From: the human T2T-CHM13v2.0 reference genome, Homo sapiens
DNA: 64,000 nt
NCBI RefSeq assembly: GCF_009914755.1
Contig: NC_060925.1
Direction: 5' to 3' (one strand)
The position numbers and the translations under genes are program-made. Positions 1 to 14,350 of the stretch are shown in pieces. How positions within the stretch are numbered: the stretch's first letter is position 1; every line of letters begins with the position of its first letter. The notes under the pieces are model-generated. The model searched no databases. It was not told the DNA's origin and worked only from the letters and a program-made list of their open reading frames with translations.

Positions 1-459
1 TATATTTGGTTTTTATGCTCCCTTTCTTTTCTAACGTGAGCAGTCTCAGCTTAGCTCCTTGTGTAAAGCAAGGGCTATGCTGGCTGAGTATCTGGTGCTC
101 AGATAGAGATCTCTTTGTCCAGGGTCTGCCTTCTGAATTGATTCCAAATATTTTGCTTCCTCCAGCTATTTATTGAGTGCCCCTGTGTCTGGCTTTTTGT
201 GTTCTGTATTCTTAACACAGGTTTTTGCAAGCCTATACGACTCAGTCCTTAGCCCAGACACTTGTGAGTTTTCCTTTACCAGTATATAGGTTTCGTTTGC
301 TTTTTCTAATTGAAAGTAATACAGGCATGTGGAAACAAAACAAAACAAAAAAACCTCAAACAGTACAAAAGGTTATATACTGCCACTCCAGACTCCTTCC
401 CCAGAGACAGCCAATATTACCAAAAGTGGGAACATAACTGTATTTAATATTCTGTACTG

Positions 460-1207
460 TGTATTAGGCCGTTCTTGCATGTCTATGAAAAAACATCTGA
501 GACTGGGCAAATTGTAAAGAAAAGAGGTTTAATTGGCTTATGGTTCATCAGGCTTTACAGGAAGTATGGTGCTGGCACCTGCTTCACTTCTAGGAAGGCC
601 TCAGGAAACTTAAAATCATGCCAGAAAGCAAAGGGGGAGCAGGCACGTCATATGGCAAAAGCAGGAGCAAGTGAGTGAAGGAGAGAGAAAGAGAGGAAGT
701 GCTACGCACTTTTAAACAACCAGATCTCACAAGAATTCACTCATTTTCACAAGAACAGCACCAGGGGGATGGTGCTAAGTCATTCATGAGAGACCACCGC
801 CATGATCCAGTCACCTACCACCAGGCCCCATTGGAGATTACATTTTTTTCCCTTCCTTTTTTTTTTTTTTTTGAGACAGGGTCTTGCGGTGTTGCCCAGG
901 CTGGAGTGCAGTGGTGCGATCTTGGCTCACTGCAGCCTTGACCTCCGGGCTCAAGCAATTAGCCACCTCAGCCTCCCAAGTAGTTGGGACTCCAGGCGCA
1001 TGCAACCACACGTGGCTAATTTTTGTATTTCTGGTAGAGGTGGGGTTTTGCCATGTTGCCCAGGCTGGTCTCAAATTCCTGGGCTCAAGCGATCCACCCA
1101 CCTTGGCCTCCCAAAGTGCTGGGATTACAAGTTTGAGCCACTGAGCCTGTCTGGGGATTACCTTTCAACATCAGATTTGGGCAGGGACAAATATTCAAAC
1201 TGTATCA
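460..1207 (-). mobile_element. MaLR LTR (MST family), interrupted by an Alu
   Basis: Begins TGTATTAGGCCGTTCTTGCAT...CTGAGACTGGG...AAAGAAAAGAGGTTTAATTGGCT and ends CAAACTGTATCA, the reverse complement of an MST LTR. Confidence 0.85.
857..1149 (-). mobile_element. Alu (AluJ-like) inside the MST LTR
   Basis: Poly-T followed by GAGACAGGGTCTTGC...CCCAAAGTGCTGGGATTACA. Confidence 0.92.
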
Positions 1208-3159
1208 TTTTGTCCCTGGCCTCCACAAATCTTATGTCCTTCTCACATTTCAACATACAGTCATCCCTTCTCAGTAGTCCCTGCGAAATCTTAACTCATT
1301 CTAGCATTAACTCAAAAGTCCTACTGTGGTCCTGTGATCTCGCCCTGCTTCCACTTGCCTTGTGATATTCTATTACCCTGTTAAGTACCTGATGTCTGTC
1401 ACCCACACCTATTTGCACACTCCCTCCCCTTTTGAAAATCCCTAATAAAAACTTGCTGGTTTTTGTGGCTTGTGGGGCATCACGGATCCTACCAACGTGT
1501 GATGTCTCCCCCGGATGCCCAGCTTTAAAATTTCTCTCTTTTGTACTCCGTCCCTTTATTTCTCAAGCTGGCCGATGCTTAGGAAAAATAGAAAAGAACC
1601 TACGTGATTATCAGGGCAGGTCCCCTGATACTAAGTCCCAAATCTAAATTCTTATCTGGAAATGAGTTCCTTTCACCTATGAGACTGTAAAATCAAAACA
1701 AGTTGCTTACTTCCGAGATACAATGGGGGTATAGGCATTGGGTAAACATCCCATTCCAAAAAGGGGTAATCAGCCATAAGAAAGGGGCTATACGCCCCAT
1801 GCAAGTTTGAAACCCAGCAAGGCAGTCATTAAATCTTAAAGCTCCAAAATTATCTCTTTTGACTCTGTGCCCCACATTCAGGGCACACTGGTGCAAGAAG
1901 TGGGCCCCCAAGATCTTGGGCAGCTCCGCCCCTGTGGCTTTGCAGGGTGCAGCCCCTGTGGCTGCTCTCATGGGCTGGCGTTGAGTGCCTGAGGCTTTTT
2001 CAGGTGCAGGGTGTAAACTGCTGGTGGATCTACCATTCTGGGGACTAGAGGATGGTGGCCCCCTTCTCACAGCTCCACAAGGCAGTGTCCCAGTGGGGAC
2101 CCTGTGTGAAGGCTCCAATCCCATGTTTCCCCTCCACACTGCCCTAGTAGAGGTTTTCTGTGAGGGCTCCACTCCTGCAGCAGGCTTTTGCTTGGGAAGC
2201 CAAGCTTTTCCATACATCCTCTGAAATCTAGGTGGAAGCATCCAAGAATCCTCCATTCTTGCACTCTGTGCACTCTTAATACCACATGGAAGCTGTCAAA
2301 GTTTACAGCTTGCATTCTTCAAAGTGGCAGCCTGAGCTGTACCTTGCCCTTTTTGAGACATGGCTAGAGCTGGAGCCGCCAGAATGTGGGGAGCAGTGTC
2401 CTGAAGTTGCATAGGGGTGAGGCCCTGGGCCTGACCCATGAAACCATTTTTGTCTCCTGGGCCTCAGGAACTATGATGGAAGGGGCTACCTCAATAATCT
2501 CTAAAATGCCTTTGAGGCTTTTTCCCTATTGTCTTAGATATTAGCATTTGGCTCTTTTTTAGTTATGCAAATGTCTCTAGCAAGTGGTTACTCCACAGCC
2601 TGCTTGAATTCCTCTTCTGAAAAAGCTTTTTCTTTCTTTGCCATGTGGCTTGGCTGCAAATTTTCCCAATTTTTATGCTCTGCTTCCCTTTTAAATATAA
2701 ATTCCAACTTTAAGTCATTTACTTGCACCTGTATCTGAGTGTAAGCTGTTAGGAGCAGCCAGTCATATCTTGAATGCTTTGCTGCTTAGAAATTTCTTCT
2801 GCCAAATATGCAATCATCACTCTCAACTTCAAACTTCCACAGATTCCTTGGGAAAGGGCACAATGCAACCAAGCTGTTTGCTAAGGCATAACATGTTATG
2901 ACCTTTGCTCCATTTCCCAATGAGTTCCTCATTTCAATCTGAGACCTTGTTGGCCTAGATTTCATTGGCCATATCCCTATCAACATTTTGGTTACAACCA
3001 TTTAACCAGTCTCTAAGAAGTTCCAAACTTGCTCTCATCTTCCTGTCTTCTTGTGAGCCCTCCAAACTCTTCCAACCTCTATCCATTACCCGGTTCCGAA
3101 GTCACTTCCACATTTTTAGATATCTTTCTAACAATACCCTACTCCTGGTACCAATTTTA
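1208..3159 (-). mobile_element. MaLR internal region (MST-int)
   Basis: Lies between two MST LTR ends. ORF 1693-2256(-) is the typical MaLR-int pseudo-ORF (PPRFQRMYGKAW...GAVRRGPPSS.PQNGRSTSSLHPAP). Confidence 0.85.
1324..1630 (+). mobile_element. 3' fragment of a MER11-type (HERVK11) LTR inside MST-int
   Basis: CCCTAATAAAAACTTGCTGGTTTT...GAAAAGAACCTACGTGATTATCAGGGCAGGTCCCCTGATA resembles the MER11 3' end. Confidence 0.7.
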
Positions 3160-3347
3160 TGTATTAGGCCATTCTTGCATTGCTACAAAAAAAAAATCTG
3201 AGCTCTCCATTTGCCTTCTGCCATGATTGTAAGCTTTCTGATGCCTCCCTAGGAGGTAAGCAGATGCCAGCACCACTCTTCCTGCAGAACTGTGAGCCAA
3301 TTAAACCTCTTTTCTTTATAATTTACCCAGTCTCAGATATTTTTTTT
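3160..3347. mobile_element. Rearranged second MST LTR (3160-3202 minus orientation, 3203-3347 plus orientation)
   Basis: TGTATTAGGCCATTCTTGCATTGCTAC...CTGAG followed by CCATGATTGTAAG...CAGAACTGTGAGCCAATTAAACCTCTTTTCTTTATAATTTACCCAGTCTCAG. Confidence 0.75.
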
Positions 3348-3350
3348 AGA

Positions 3351-3643
3351 GGCCGGGCATGGTGGCTCACACCTGTAATCCCAGCACTTTGGGAGGATGA
3401 GGCGGGCGGATCACGAGGTCAGGGGATCAAGACCATCCTGGCTGACATGGTGAAACCCCGTCTCTACTAAAAATACAAAAAATTAGCTGGGCGTGGTGGT
3501 GTACACCTGTAGTCCCATCTACTTGGGAGGCTGAGGCAGGAGAATCGCTTTAACTTGGGAGGCGAAGGTTGTAATGAGCCGAGATCACGCCACTGCACTC
3601 TACACAAAGCAAGACTCCATCTCAAAAAAAAAAAAAAAAAAAA
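3351..3643 (+). mobile_element. Alu (AluS-like)
   Basis: GGCCGGGCATGGTGGCTCACACCTGTAATCCCAGC...poly-A. Confidence 0.93.
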
Positions 3644-3644
3644 G

Positions 3645-4529
3645 TTTACATTCACTTTTTGCACATGGATGTTCAGTTGTTCCAGAACCATTTGTTAAAG
3701 ACTCTGCTTTCTCCATTGAATTACCTTGGCATGTTTGTTGAAAATCAGTTGAACATGTATGTGTAGGTCTCCTTCTGGACTCCCTAGTCTATTCTGTTGA
3801 TTTATGACTTTGTGCCAGTACCATTCATACATGGACAGTCTTGTCGTCTGTTACTAAAGACAGTTTTATTTCTTCCTTTTTCATCTATATGTCTCATTCC
3901 TTTTTCTTGCCTTACTGCATTGGCTAGACTGTTCAGTGCAGTATTAAATAGGTGAGGTGAGAGTGAACAGCCTTGCCTGTTCCCAGTCTTAGGAGGAAAA
4001 GATCTAGTCTTTCACCATTGTGGTGTTAGCTGTAGGTTTTTCATAGATACCATTTTTTAGGTAGAGGAAGTTCTCTTCTGTTCCTAGTTTCTTGAGAGTG
4101 TTTATCATGAATAGATGTTGAATTTTGTCAAATGCTTTTTCTGCATATTTTGAGAAGATCATATGGCTTTTCTTTTTTAGTCTATTAATATGATGAATTA
4201 CATTGATTGGTTTTTTCTCATTAATTGATTTTTGAATGTTGAACCAATCTTTCATTTGTAGGATAAACTTCATTTGGTCTTGGTGTATTGTTCTTTTTAC
4301 ACATTGCTCTATTCAATTGGCTAAAATTTTTCAAGGATTTTTGTGTCTTTGGTCATGAAAGATACTGGTCTGTAGTTTTCTTGTGATGTCTTTAGTTTTG
4401 GTAATATAGTAATGCTGGCTTCAGAATAAGTGGGAAAATATTTCTTCATCTTTCTACAAATTTTGTGTACAATTGGTAATATTTTTTATGAAATGTTTGA
4501 TAGAATTCACCAGCAAAATCTAGGCTTGT
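3645..4529 (-). mobile_element. Old L1 (L1M) ORF2 fragment
   Basis: ORF 4004-4273(-) WFNIQKSIN...VIHHINRLKKKSHMIFS.AEKAFDKIQH...IYEKPTAN is the L1 ORF2 RT region. Confidence 0.88.
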
Positions 4530-6107
<1,578 letters not shown>

Positions 6108-6109
6108 AG

Positions 6110-7290
6110 GGAAGTTTTTTTTTATTATTATTATTACAAATTAAATTTCTTTAATTCTAGAGTTATTCAAGTTTTTCTGTTTCTTCTTTAGTAGCATGTC
6201 TTTCAAGGAAGTTTTGCCTTTCTTCTAAGTTGTTGAATTTATTAGCATAAAATTGTGTATAATATTCCCTTATTATTATTTTAATGTCTAGGATAGAGAC
6301 AGAGTCCTCTCTTTCATGCCTGATATTCGTAATTTGCATTTTTTCTCTCTTTTTCTTAAATTCATCTGATTTGAGGTTTATCATTTTTTGTTGATCCTCT
6401 CAAATAACTAGCTTTTAGTTCCATTGGTTCTTGTCTATTGATATTTTTTCCACTATATCATTGATTTCTGTGCCTATCTTCATTTTTTATTTTTTCACTT
6501 TTCTCTTAGTTGGACTTTAATTTATTATTTGTTTTTTTTTCCTTAGGCTAGAAGGTTAGATCATTGATTTTATTTATTTCTCATATAAACATTGTAATGG
6601 TATAAATTTCACTCTATATATTGCATTGACTACATCTTACAAATTTTGATATGTTGTATTTTTATCTTTGTTGAGTTAAAAATATTATCTAACTTTACTC
6701 GTGATTTCTACTTCGGCCTATTAGTTCTTTGGAAGTGTTTTTGCTTAATTTCCTAATATTTGTGGGTGTTCCAGATATCTTTGTGTTATAGATTTCTGAT
6801 TTATTTTTGCTGTGCTCCAAATATACGTTATATGATTTTAATACTTTTAAATTAATTGAAATCTGAGTTATGGGACAAAATATGGTCGATTTTGGTGAAT
6901 ATTCTGTGTGTGCTTGAAAAGAAAATACTTCTGTTTTAGGGTATTCTATAAATGGCAATTAGCTTAGGTTGGTTTATGGTATGTGTCTAGTTTCCTGTAT
7001 CCTTACTGACTTTCTGTACACTTTTTCTAACAATTACTGACAGAGGGGTAATGAAGTCTTAATTTATCAGTTTTTATTTCATTTGTTTTGAAGCTCTGTC
7101 ATTTGGTGTGTATACACTTAGGATTGTTGTATCCCATTTCTAATAGATTCCTTCATTATTTTGAAATGTCCCTTTTTCTTATTGATAGTCAAATAATTAT
7201 TGTTCCAAAATCTTCCTTGTCTGATATTAATAAACCACTCTGGCCTTTATAAAAATAAGCTGTATCATGGTGTATGTTTTCCATCCTTTT
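6110..7290 (-). mobile_element. Old L1 (L1M) ORF2 5'/endonuclease region, continuing the 3645-4529 fragment
   Basis: ORF 6163-6384(-) KKREKMQITNIR.E...IIREYY.Q.YANKF.NLEE...FLE is L1 ORF2-like. Confidence 0.8.
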
Positions 7291-7291
7291 A

Positions 7292-7335
7292 TTTGGTTGG
7301 TGCAAAAGTAATTGGGGTTTTTGCAATTACTTTTG
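7292..7335. mobile_element. MADE1 (Hsmar1-derived MITE) remnant
   Basis: GGTTGGTGCAAAAGTAATTG...TTTTTGCAATTACTTTTG matches the MADE1 terminal inverted repeat (TIR). Confidence 0.75.
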
Positions 7336-7422
7336 TTTGTGGGAAGGAGCATGTTTATATTTGCCCTTGAGCTGTCCCACGGGTGGTTGGGGAGCAGCCT
7401 ATCTTTTTAACCTGTTTGTGTC

Positions 7423-7623
7423 AGGCAGTCCTCCCACCTCAGCCTCTCAAGTAGCTGGGACCACAAACACATGTCACCGTACCCAGCTAATTTTTGTATT
7501 TTTTGTAGAGACAAGACTTTGCCATGTTGCCTAGGCTGGTCTCAAATTCCTGTGCTCAAGCAATCTGCCTGCCTCAGCCTCCCAAAGTGCTGGGATTACA
7601 GGCATGAGCCACCGTGCTCAGCT
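7423..7623 (-). mobile_element. Partial Alu (AluJ-like)
   Basis: CCTCCCACCTCAGCCTC...CCCAAAGTGCTGGGATTACAGGCATGAGCCACC. Confidence 0.85.
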
Positions 7624-7676
7624 TATTTATTTTTGTTTGAAATAGTCAATTATTTAAAATAATTTAAAAATGAGAG

Positions 7677-8650
7677 TGGAAGGCAACCTACAGAATGGGA
7701 GAAAATATTTGCAAATCATATATCTGATAAGAGGTTAATGTTGTCCAGAAAATATAGAGAACTTCTAATACTCAACAACAAGAAAAAAACTGATTTAAAA
7801 GCGGGTAGAGAACTTGAATAGACACTTCTCCAAAGAAGATATACAAATGGCCAAAAAGCACATAAAAATGTGCTCAATGTTACTAATCACTAGGGAAATG
7901 CAAGTCAAAACCACAGTAAGATACCACCTCACATCCATTAGGATACTATGGCTATTATCCCAAAACCAGAAAATAACAAGTGCTGGCAAGCATGTAGAGA
8001 AATTAGAATCCTTGTGCACTCTGTGGGAATGTAAAATGTACAACAACTTTGGAAAACAGGATGCAGTTCCTAAAAACATTGAAAATAGGATTGCCGTATG
8101 ATCCAGCAATTCCACTTCTGGGTATATACCCAAAATAACTGAAAGCAGGGCTCCAAAGGGTGTTTGTAGCAGGAATTATTCATTATTGCCAAAAAGTAGA
8201 AGCAACCTGTGTTCATTGACAGATGAAAGGATAAACAAAATGTGGTATGCATAAGCAGTGGAATGTTACTCAGCCTGAAAATGGAAGGAAATTCTGACAC
8301 ATATTACAACATGAATGAACCTCGAGGACATTATGCTAAATGAAATGAGCCAGTTACACAAAAACAAATATTGTGTGATTCCATTCATATGAGGTGCCTA
8401 GAGAAATCAAATTCATAGAGACAGAAAGTAGAATATGGTTTCCATGTGCTGGGAGGAGGGAGGAATGGAGAGTTATTGTTTAATGCATATAGAGTTTCAG
8501 TTTTGCAAGATGAAAAACAGCTCTGGATATTGGTTACACAACAGTGTGAAAATAACTAATACTACTGAATTGTACACTTAAAAATGGTTAGGATGGTACA
8601 TTTTATGTTAGTGTATTTTACTACAATTCAAACATTTTAAAAGTTTTTTT
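7677..8650 (+). mobile_element. L1 (L1MB-like) 3' end of ORF2 plus 3'UTR, inserted into the older antisense L1
   Basis: ORF 7814-8101 [31 protein letters not shown]. Possible TSD AATGAGAG at 7669-7676 and 8651-8658. Confidence 0.85.
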
Positions 8651-8659
8651 AATGAGAGG

Positions 8660-9890
<1,231 letters not shown>

Positions 9891-10244
9891 TTATTGGCAA
9901 ATTGCCCTTCATAGCAGTTTTGGGATTTATGTACCCACATAGTAGTTGATGATGGTGCCATCCTTTGTTTTCTTCTGTTTTACAGTTTTGTTATTTATAT
10001 TTAAATTATTAATTCATCTATTTTTGGTTTTGTGTGTTAGGAATGAGGTTGAGATCTAGGGTTCTTTTTTTTTTTTCATATGGGTAGCTAGTATTTCTTG
10101 GTATTTTGATCACAAAATACTTAAGTAAATTCAAGGTTTTGATTTCTGCAGCATCAATATTTTGACAGAAAAGGACTTGATAAAGCTCTTTTTGATGTGT
10201 TAATTTTGAGATGATCTACAAAAACTATTAAATCTTACCTTTTT

Positions 10245-12782
10245 TAACTTTTTAAGAAATTAGTTTCAGTTCAAATATTTTTGAAATATAAAAATTGTAT
10301 TTTTAAAGCTATAATTCTTATAGACATTCAGTGGTTAAAAATTTGATTGTGCTTATTAAAAATGGTCGTATATGTTTTGCACTTCAGCTATGTGAAAATA
10401 AAGTTTCTTTGGGAAGGTGACATTTGGTTTCCTGATTATGGGAGGGAGTTGGTTATCTCAGGTGGAGCAGGAAAGCCTGGTTGATTCTCACACCAGTATG
10501 GGACTGGGATTTCCCAGGATGGAGGGAGGAGACCCTTTCTACACCATACTTTGAACTACTGACAGCAAAACCCTCCCACCATACTGAGTGCACCTTGTGT
10601 ACACTTGGCTAATGTACACTTCTGATTTACAGCACACAGCAGAAGCTTCAGAGGCGAATTCAGCTCCCCTTTGGCATGCTGCTGGGTAACAAGATAGTAA
10701 GAGTGGCAGTGTGTACAAGCTGTGGACAGGAGCATTTCCTCTCTGCTGCAGCAAGGCAAAGGAAAGCCTAGGGAGAGTAAAACACTAGAATCTTTCTAAT
10801 AGCTCTGCCCTACCCCATGGTCTAAATGATTATGGCCAAGTGGCTACACAGTATTTTTATTTTTCTAGAATAATTATATCCAGCTGTGAGAAAGCCAGGT
10901 TCAAATTAAAAACCTGTAATAACCTGTCCCAGAATTAATAACAATGAAACTTAAACAAATTTTGATTTGTGAAGAAAACATGAAAAAAGTCCAAAAGAAA
11001 ACCCCTCAAAGGAAACAAGTGTCAGTGGGTCCCTTGTGGGGCAGCTTGTACATCTCTCAAGGGGATCCTCCAGCAGGTAGCTTCCTCTGTGGCACCAGGT
11101 GCATCCAGGGTGGGCCGGCTCCTTTAGAAGTCAGGCAGGCCAGGCAGAGGGAAGAGAGTGAAGCTCTCAACCTCCTCCTGGAGAGCCTGCACACACCCCT
11201 GGTATTTATGCCCTGCTAGTCTCTCCTTGAACTCTTTCAGGGTGGCTCTGATGCCAGCGTTGCTCTGGATCTGCAGGGTTAGCTCTATCCCTCTGTGGAT
11301 AAAGTGGGCTACCTTTTGGAAGCCTTTTTCCAAAAGTCCAAGAGATGTCAGTGCTGGGTTCCCCAGCCGCAGTCCACTGGGCCGTAGAGTGTTTCTATCA
11401 TCTGGGCAGGTGTTCTTGTTGCAGGCAATAGAACAGGCTTCTAGGACCTTCTCAGCCCTTCTGCCATCTGTGCCTTTGATTGAATGGAGATCCACGAGGA
11501 TCAAATGTTTATCAGAACAACCTGTGACTGTTTGGTAGCCCAGCTCCGTCAGTGCCTCAGACAGAGCTCTGCAGTTGGCCACCACATGGTGCTGATAAAC
11601 TTCAAATTCCAGAGTCATAGCTTGCTTCAGGGCCACAGCAACCCCAGCAATGGTGTGGTTGTGGGGACCTCCCTGAAGGCCAGGGAACACAGCAGAGTTG
11701 ATGAGAGACTCCAGGTTGTACAGAATCTCTTTGCCAGTCTTGGGATCCATACTTTGCCCTCCTTTCCTGTAGAAGATCGTGCGGACTTGGCAGCCTCTCA
11801 GGTTCTTGTGAGTGGTGGTGGCAGTGTTCAAATGGGGAGGGCACCACGCCAGCTGCCACCAGCCTGCTGATATGTGCCATGTCCACCATGAGATACACCC
11901 CATTCTCATCTGCAGTTTTTCTGCAGCGGGGCATAGTCCAGGTTTTAGGAGGAGCAGCTGGTTCCTGCACTGATCAGCTTCGGGTGGAAGAGGCGGGTGT
12001 TCTCCTCCAGCTGGTCATAGTTGATGTAGCCAGTGTCTGGGTTCACCTTATAGGGCATAGATTCAAAGAAGATGGACGTGGCAGAGATTTTCTTCTTGTC
12101 TGTCATGAACCCGTGGGTCAGGTGACCCCCATCTGGCAGGTCCAGGCCCATGATGCACCCATGGGTTTCCACCAGGGCAGTTACACTCAAAGTTTGCAGG
12201 GGAGCCTGAGCAAGGCTGGACGTTGACCCCCCAGCACTGTGGGTCCAGCTTATAGGCCTGCAGGGCTCGCTTCTGACAGAGGGTCTCCAGCTCATGAGTA
12301 AAGTCAGTCCTGCCTTAGTATCTCTGGCCCGGGTACCCCTCAGAGTATTTGTTATTTAAGCAAGAGCCTAGGGCCTCCAAAACTGCCCAGCTGGCGAAAT
12401 TCTCCGAGGTAATCAGCTCCAATCCAGCCCTCTGCCGGTACTCTCCTTAATGATGTTGTAAACCTCAACATCGCTGTCTTTGAGGGGCTGCGCCAGCATC
12501 TTGTCATGTGAGGACCACAGGTCAGCATCCTTGTGGGCCCTGTTGACTGGCATTGCTATTGCATGGGTCCGAAGCTGCCGGAACACAGCCCCGCACATGT
12601 GCCTAGCCTCAGTCCCACGCCGCCACCAGTGCCACCAGAGTCCCAGACCCGCTGACCCAATGCCCTGTACACTGCCACGCACCAGCAACGTGACTGGCTG
12701 CACCAACCCCAAATCCCAAACTTGGTGCGGGACTGCTAGTGCTCTGCTAGGTGCACCCCTTGCACCAGGCTTAGGCTTGGCC
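10245..12782 (-). pseudogene. SHMT1P1: Full-length processed pseudogene of cytosolic serine hydroxymethyltransferase (5'UTR, CDS remnant 11124-12559, long 3'UTR)
   Basis: Intronless. Minus-strand frames give SHMT1 peptides ([28 protein letters not shown]; [34 protein letters not shown]; [16 protein letters not shown]; FPLPGLPDF*) with several frameshifts. First ATG is changed to ATA (12557-12559). Flanked by the direct repeat TAAATCTTACCTTTTT at 10229-10244 and 12783-12798. Confidence 0.95.
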
Positions 12783-14119
12783 TAAATCTTACCTTTTTAA
12801 AAAAAATCCCCAAATGCTGTGTGAAGCATACATTCTCTTTTCCTATGCTTCACTCTTCCCTGAGCCCACCTAGTCATTGACTCCCATCCCTAGGTGCAGA
12901 CTAAGGAGCAGGCAGTGTAAAGGAAGGGGTGCTGATGTGCCCACCCGTCCAGACCAGAGTCCTGCTTCTCTGGGAAGCCAGCCTGTTTGCTCTCACACTT
13001 TTGTACTCTCTGCTGGGAAGTCCTCCTTTCCTCCCTCGAGTATTGCTCACTTGGATACATCTTCCTCTAATTAGAGAGATGGGGAGGGGATGGCAGTAGG
13101 TCCAAAGGAACTCAGATTTACTGAGCACTTGTTTTGCTCTAAATTTTGAGTTAGGTCTTTTGAATCTGTTTGGTCTCATGGAATGCAAAGTCTTCCCTTA
13201 CCTAGAAATACACTCCATTACTCTTTCCCCTACCCTGTGCACCACCACAGTGCCTCACACATAGCTTTGTTATTGTGTATATAACTATTGGCTGGTATTT
13301 CTTCTCCCATAGAGACTGTGAACTTCTCACATAGAGGCATGGTCTATTCATGGCTGCCAACACCTAGCAGAGCCTTTAGCACACAGTAGACACTTGGTAT
13401 TGGTTTTGTGAGTGGAAATTAATTTCTGCCCTCCAGAGACTGAGAGTGTAAGGATGTGGGAAATGTTGATAAGACACTCTTTTAGTGGAAAGAGTTTCTG
13501 AAGAAAACTAATTATTGTGACATATTCCAATATATGATAGATTGAAAGGAGATGAAGATTTGGAGACTGAAAGTTCTCACAGCTTTCTCACTTCACAGGC
13601 TATGTGATCTTGGAAAAGTCTGAGCCTTATTTCACTTATTAGTCAAGAGAATGAAATGAGAGGATGTGTCCTGGGGCCATAAATGTTAGATCATTTCAAC
13701 AACATTTAATGTTAGACACTTAATTAAGTGAATTCTGTTTTCTCAGTGACTTTCATTATAATTAGATAAGTTTTTTTCAGGAAGAAAAATAAAGATCCTA
13801 GAGTAAGTCACAGTAAACATTTTGAATGTTTTCTTTAAAAAGAAAAAATATAACTCGTAAAACCTAAATTGACACATAATTGGCATACCCCATTTTCCTG
13901 CCAATATTTTGCCTCATACATTTGAATGGCTTTTTGTGCTTTGGTGAAAGACATGATTGAGTGTTGTCTCTTTTAGTTGGTGGCCAGTAGGGCCACTCGG
14001 TATTGGGAGAAAGTGAGGCACCTACAGGCTAAACCTGTGGCCAAACAGTTTCAGCAGAAAGCAGAGCCCTAATCCAAGCCACGTCCATGCTGCAGAGTGA
14101 TACTAGCAGCAGTGACAGT

Positions 14120-14350
14120 GATAGCTCACACCTACTGATGTTTACTTTGGATCAGGTCCCGTGCTGAGATTTTTTCATATTTTTTCTGTTTTAATTCTCC
14201 CAACAATCATATAATGAGACTAACCCTTGTTAGTCCAGTTCTAAATATGAGGAAATAAAGGCATAGAGAAGTCAAGCAGTTTGCCCGAGGTCACACAGAT
14301 AGGAAGTGATAAAACTAGGTTTTGAACCCAAGTCCACATATTTAACAACC
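14120..14350 (-). mobile_element. MIR
   Basis: ATGAGGAAATAAAGGCATAGAGAAGTCAAGCAGTTTGCCCGAGGTCACACAG is the MIR core. Confidence 0.75.

Noticed and set aside
1693-2256. 187-aa ORF
   Set aside because: Degenerate MaLR internal sequence, not a host gene.
11124-11909. 261-aa SHMT-like ORF as a functional gene
   Set aside because: The N-terminus is out of frame, upstream frameshifts are present, the start codon is lost, and the copy is intronless with a TSD, so it is a processed pseudogene.
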